From an uncultured cyanobacterium (GTDB lineage Bacteria > Cyanobacteriota > Cyanobacteriia > Phormidesmidales > Phormidesmidaceae), in contig CAWBZI010000006.1 of NCBI GenBank assembly GCA_963793265.1, forward strand, positions 576,001 through 640,000: a stretch of DNA of 64,000 nucleotides. The letters are read 5' to 3'. Positions 61,794 through 64,000 of the stretch are shown here, one piece after another (positions within the stretch are counted from its first letter, which is position 1; every line of letters starts with the position of its first letter). Both the position numbers and the translations under genes were made by a program. The notes under the pieces are model-generated. The model was not told where the DNA came from, searched no databases, and was given only the letters and a program-made list of their open reading frames with translations.

Positions 61794-63353
61794 CTAATTA
61801 ATATATTCAATTGGAATGTCCTTCCACTGTGTCAAGTGGTCGCACAGCCATTGAATCTCCTCGTCGCTAGCTCGCAGGCTCAGCCGTCCGGTGCCCGCAC
61901 CGTCATTACGAACAAAGTGAAAGTTTATCTGTCGCTGATTTCGACTTAGCCAAGGGCCTACTTGAATCAACTGCACCGCCATGTGAGAAAGCTGCGGGTC
62001 GCGATTCGAGCTATTTCCCTGGCTAACTAGGCTATCTGAATCACCTGCGGCTGAGAGCAAATCTAAGCTGAGCAGCAGAGGCCCGCCAGATGGAAACCAC
62101 AGCCCGATTTTTGCCAGTCCTTGATGGCTAAGCGCTCTTTTTTTCTTCTTTTTTGAACGGGGAAATGCAAAGGCTATAATCATAACTGCTAGCCAGAATC
62201 CTATCCAACCATAGGCCAGCAAAAGTAATATCAACACTGTGGGCGAAACAATGAAGATAAACTCTGAGAAAGTTGAACGAGCTTTTTCAGTGATCTTGCC
62301 TTTAATACGAGAACGAAAGAACGATATCTCAAGCTCCTGATCGTTTGAAGAAACGCTGAAATCGTTGAATGTTTTTTGTAAAAACAAAGGCAACTGACGG
62401 CGCGAGCTATCTCGTTTTGCCAGCGGCTCACCAGCGACTTCAGCAGCAGGTGCTAAGTCTACCTGTTCCGGTCGATCTAACTGTTGTAGCGCCTGCGTCG
62501 CAGAGGCCGTTCGCTGCGCCAAGTCGGCATACGTAAGCCGCCGAATCCACGCGGCAAACGGGGGAGAAAGCTGGGTGTGCGCCTCAAACTCTATTTGCAT
62601 ATTGGTCTGCGTTAGCGCCGCCGGATGCTGCCCCGACGACAGATAGATCAGCGTTGCACCCAAGCTGTACAAGTCTGAAGCCGGTTGCGCGCGGCCCCCA
62701 AACTGCTCAGGCGGCATATAGCCATAGGTGCCCACCACCGTCATCGTGCCCGTAGAGTGCATGGCCTGCACCGAGCCAAAATCTACTAAATACACGTGTC
62801 GGGGCGCATGGCTGATATGCTCACTCAACAGAATATTGCTCGGCTTAATGTCTCTGTGCACCACGGCAGGATGGCGGCTGTGGAGATATTGCAGAATGGT
62901 GAGTAGCGATCGCACAATCACCTTCAGCTCCTGCTCGCTAAACCGATAGCCCGACTCCACCCAAGCCTGCAAAGAGCGCGCTTCAATATACGTTTGCACC
63001 AGCACAAACCCAGCCCCCAAAGGCGTCTCCACCTCAAAAGACTCTAAATATTGAGGAATCGCCTGATGATCTAGCGACTTAAGCGTTTGCGCCTCGCGTT
63101 CAAACAGCTTCAAATCTTCCCAGGTAAAATCAGGCCCAAACAGCAGCAGCTTCACCACCACCTGAGACTGATTGCGCGTGTCTGTCGCCAAAAAAGTTCT
63201 GCGCCCCGTTTGTCGGCCCAGCAGCGATTCCAAACGATAGCGAGGTTCTTTTAAAGGAGCGCTCGAAGCAGTGTTCAAAGTATCACTTAGAAAGTCACCT
63301 GAGGGGCTAATCGTTTGGCCCAGCATCTCATCTGTCTTATCGACACGGTTCAT
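61794..63353 (-). CDS. Ser/Thr protein kinase (array member)
   Basis: Same kinase motifs; ATGA overlap with the upstream gene. Confidence 0.92.
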   Translation of the reverse strand: MNRVDKTDEMLGQTISPSGDFLSDTLNTASSAPLKEPRYRLESLLGRQTGRRTFLATDTRNQSQVVVKLLLFGPDFTWEDLKLFEREAQTLKSLDHQAIPQYLESFEVETPLGAGFVLVQTYIEARSLQAWVESGYRFSEQELKVIVRSLLTILQYLHSRHPAVVHRDIKPSNILLSEHISHAPRHVYLVDFGSVQAMHSTGTMTVVGTYGYMPPEQFGGRAQPASDLYSLGATLIYLSSGQHPAALTQTNMQIEFEAHTQLSPPFAAWIRRLTYADLAQRTASATQALQQLDRPEQVDLAPAAEVAGEPLAKRDSSRRQLPLFLQKTFNDFSVSSNDQELEISFFRSRIKGKITEKARSTFSEFIFIVSPTVLILLLLAYGWIGFWLAVMIIAFAFPRSKKKKKRALSHQGLAKIGLWFPSGGPLLLSLDLLSAAGDSDSLVSQGNSSNRDPQLSHMAVQLIQVGPWLSRNQRQINFHFVRNDGAGTGRLSLRASDEEIQWLCDHLTQWKDIPIEYIN

Positions 63354-64000
63354 GTAAAAGTGTTGTTGGCCTTATTCCATTGAGAGATACGAGCGTGCAG
63401 CCAGCGGATTTCTTGACGAGAGCCGGTAATGCGCAGCTTGTTTTTGCCGTTGCGATCGCTCTCATGCAGCATCAGGCTCACCTGACCGCCCATCATATAA
63501 GTTCTAGCAGAGATCAACCTAACTGCCCGGTTCGCAAAATGAACGGTGGGCCTGAGGTGGCGCGGGCTACGTCCTCTAGCCGCCGGAAGCGTCGTCATCG
63601 TGAGCAGGGTGCGACCGTTAGGCGCATTCACAAATCTAAGCGTAACGAGGCGATCGCTCTCCTTATCTTGCTCCGACTTCACCACCCGGTACAGCACCGG
63701 CAGCGCAGCGGCCATCACCACCCCAAAAATAGCAGAGCTAGTAATCGCAACCGCGCCACCCACAATCGCTACCGTTGCGAGTGCAAAGCGCCAGCTCAGC
63801 CCCGAAGATTTTGTAGCTTCCTGAGGTGACGCGGTAAAGACTAAACCCTTGCGAACACGGCGCTGCTCAAACTGCACCTCTAAACCATAGGGCGTCGTAC
63901 GCAGCTTGAAGTCGGCTAGTGAGTTTTGCGGGCGAGTCGTGAGGCCAGCGCGAACGATTGTCAGGTTGGGCTGCGCCTCTAAAGAAGGAGGCTGAGAAGT
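63350..64000 (-). CDS. C-terminal part of a fifth array member (N-terminus, probably a kinase, outside the window)
   Basis: Frame is open to the window end. NSLADFKLRTTPYGLEVQF, TM hairpin and LRITGSRQEIRWL..RISQW match the C-termini of the four kinases. Confidence 0.8.
   Translation of the reverse strand, partial: TSQPPSLEAQPNLTIVRAGLTTRPQNSLADFKLRTTPYGLEVQFEQRRVRKGLVFTASPQEATKSSGLSWRFALATVAIVGGAVAITSSAIFGVVMAAALPVLYRVVKSEQDKESDRLVTLRFVNAPNGRTLLTMTTLPAARGRSPRHLRPTVHFANRAVRLISARTYMMGGQVSLMLHESDRNGKNKLRITGSRQEIRWLHARISQWNKANNTFT

Overview
Cyanobacterial chromosomal window. Evidence is the very frequent HIP1 octamer GCGATCGC, ccmK3/ccmK4, chlD, an NtcA promoter and rbp genes; the lineage cannot be fixed from the sequence alone. 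Most of it is core metabolism: a PhnD-like binding protein with a Cache/HAMP/GAF/MCP receptor, ccmK3K4-chlD, a three-glycosyltransferase cluster, gltB/gltD, urtABCDE with a class II NtcA promoter, ureC, sodC, three tandem RRM genes, the NrtR-regulated pncB-nadD-nrtR-nadE operon, htrA, osmC, a Ski2-like helicase and an FeS-type photolyase. The notable accessory elements are these. (1) An AT-rich, HIP1-free islet after chlD holds an orphan antitoxin-like gene and a RelE-like gene coupled to a Shedu/DUF4263 nuclease. The nuclease is frameshifted by a perfect 10-bp tandem duplication, and removing one copy restores the C-terminus. (2) A RelE/HigA toxin-antitoxin module is bracketed by a 74-bp duplication of the ureC 5' end that breaks at a HIP1 site. 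(3) A tandem operon of at least five paralogous Ser/Thr kinase-family genes has conserved kinase domains and divergent membrane-anchored C-termini. (4) G-rich to C-rich compositional polarity appears centred on HIP1 sites. (5) There are REP-like palindromes and many fresh short tandem duplications. No rRNA, tRNA, CRISPR array, integrase or transposase was found. All assignments come from motif recognition by eye, without database searches.
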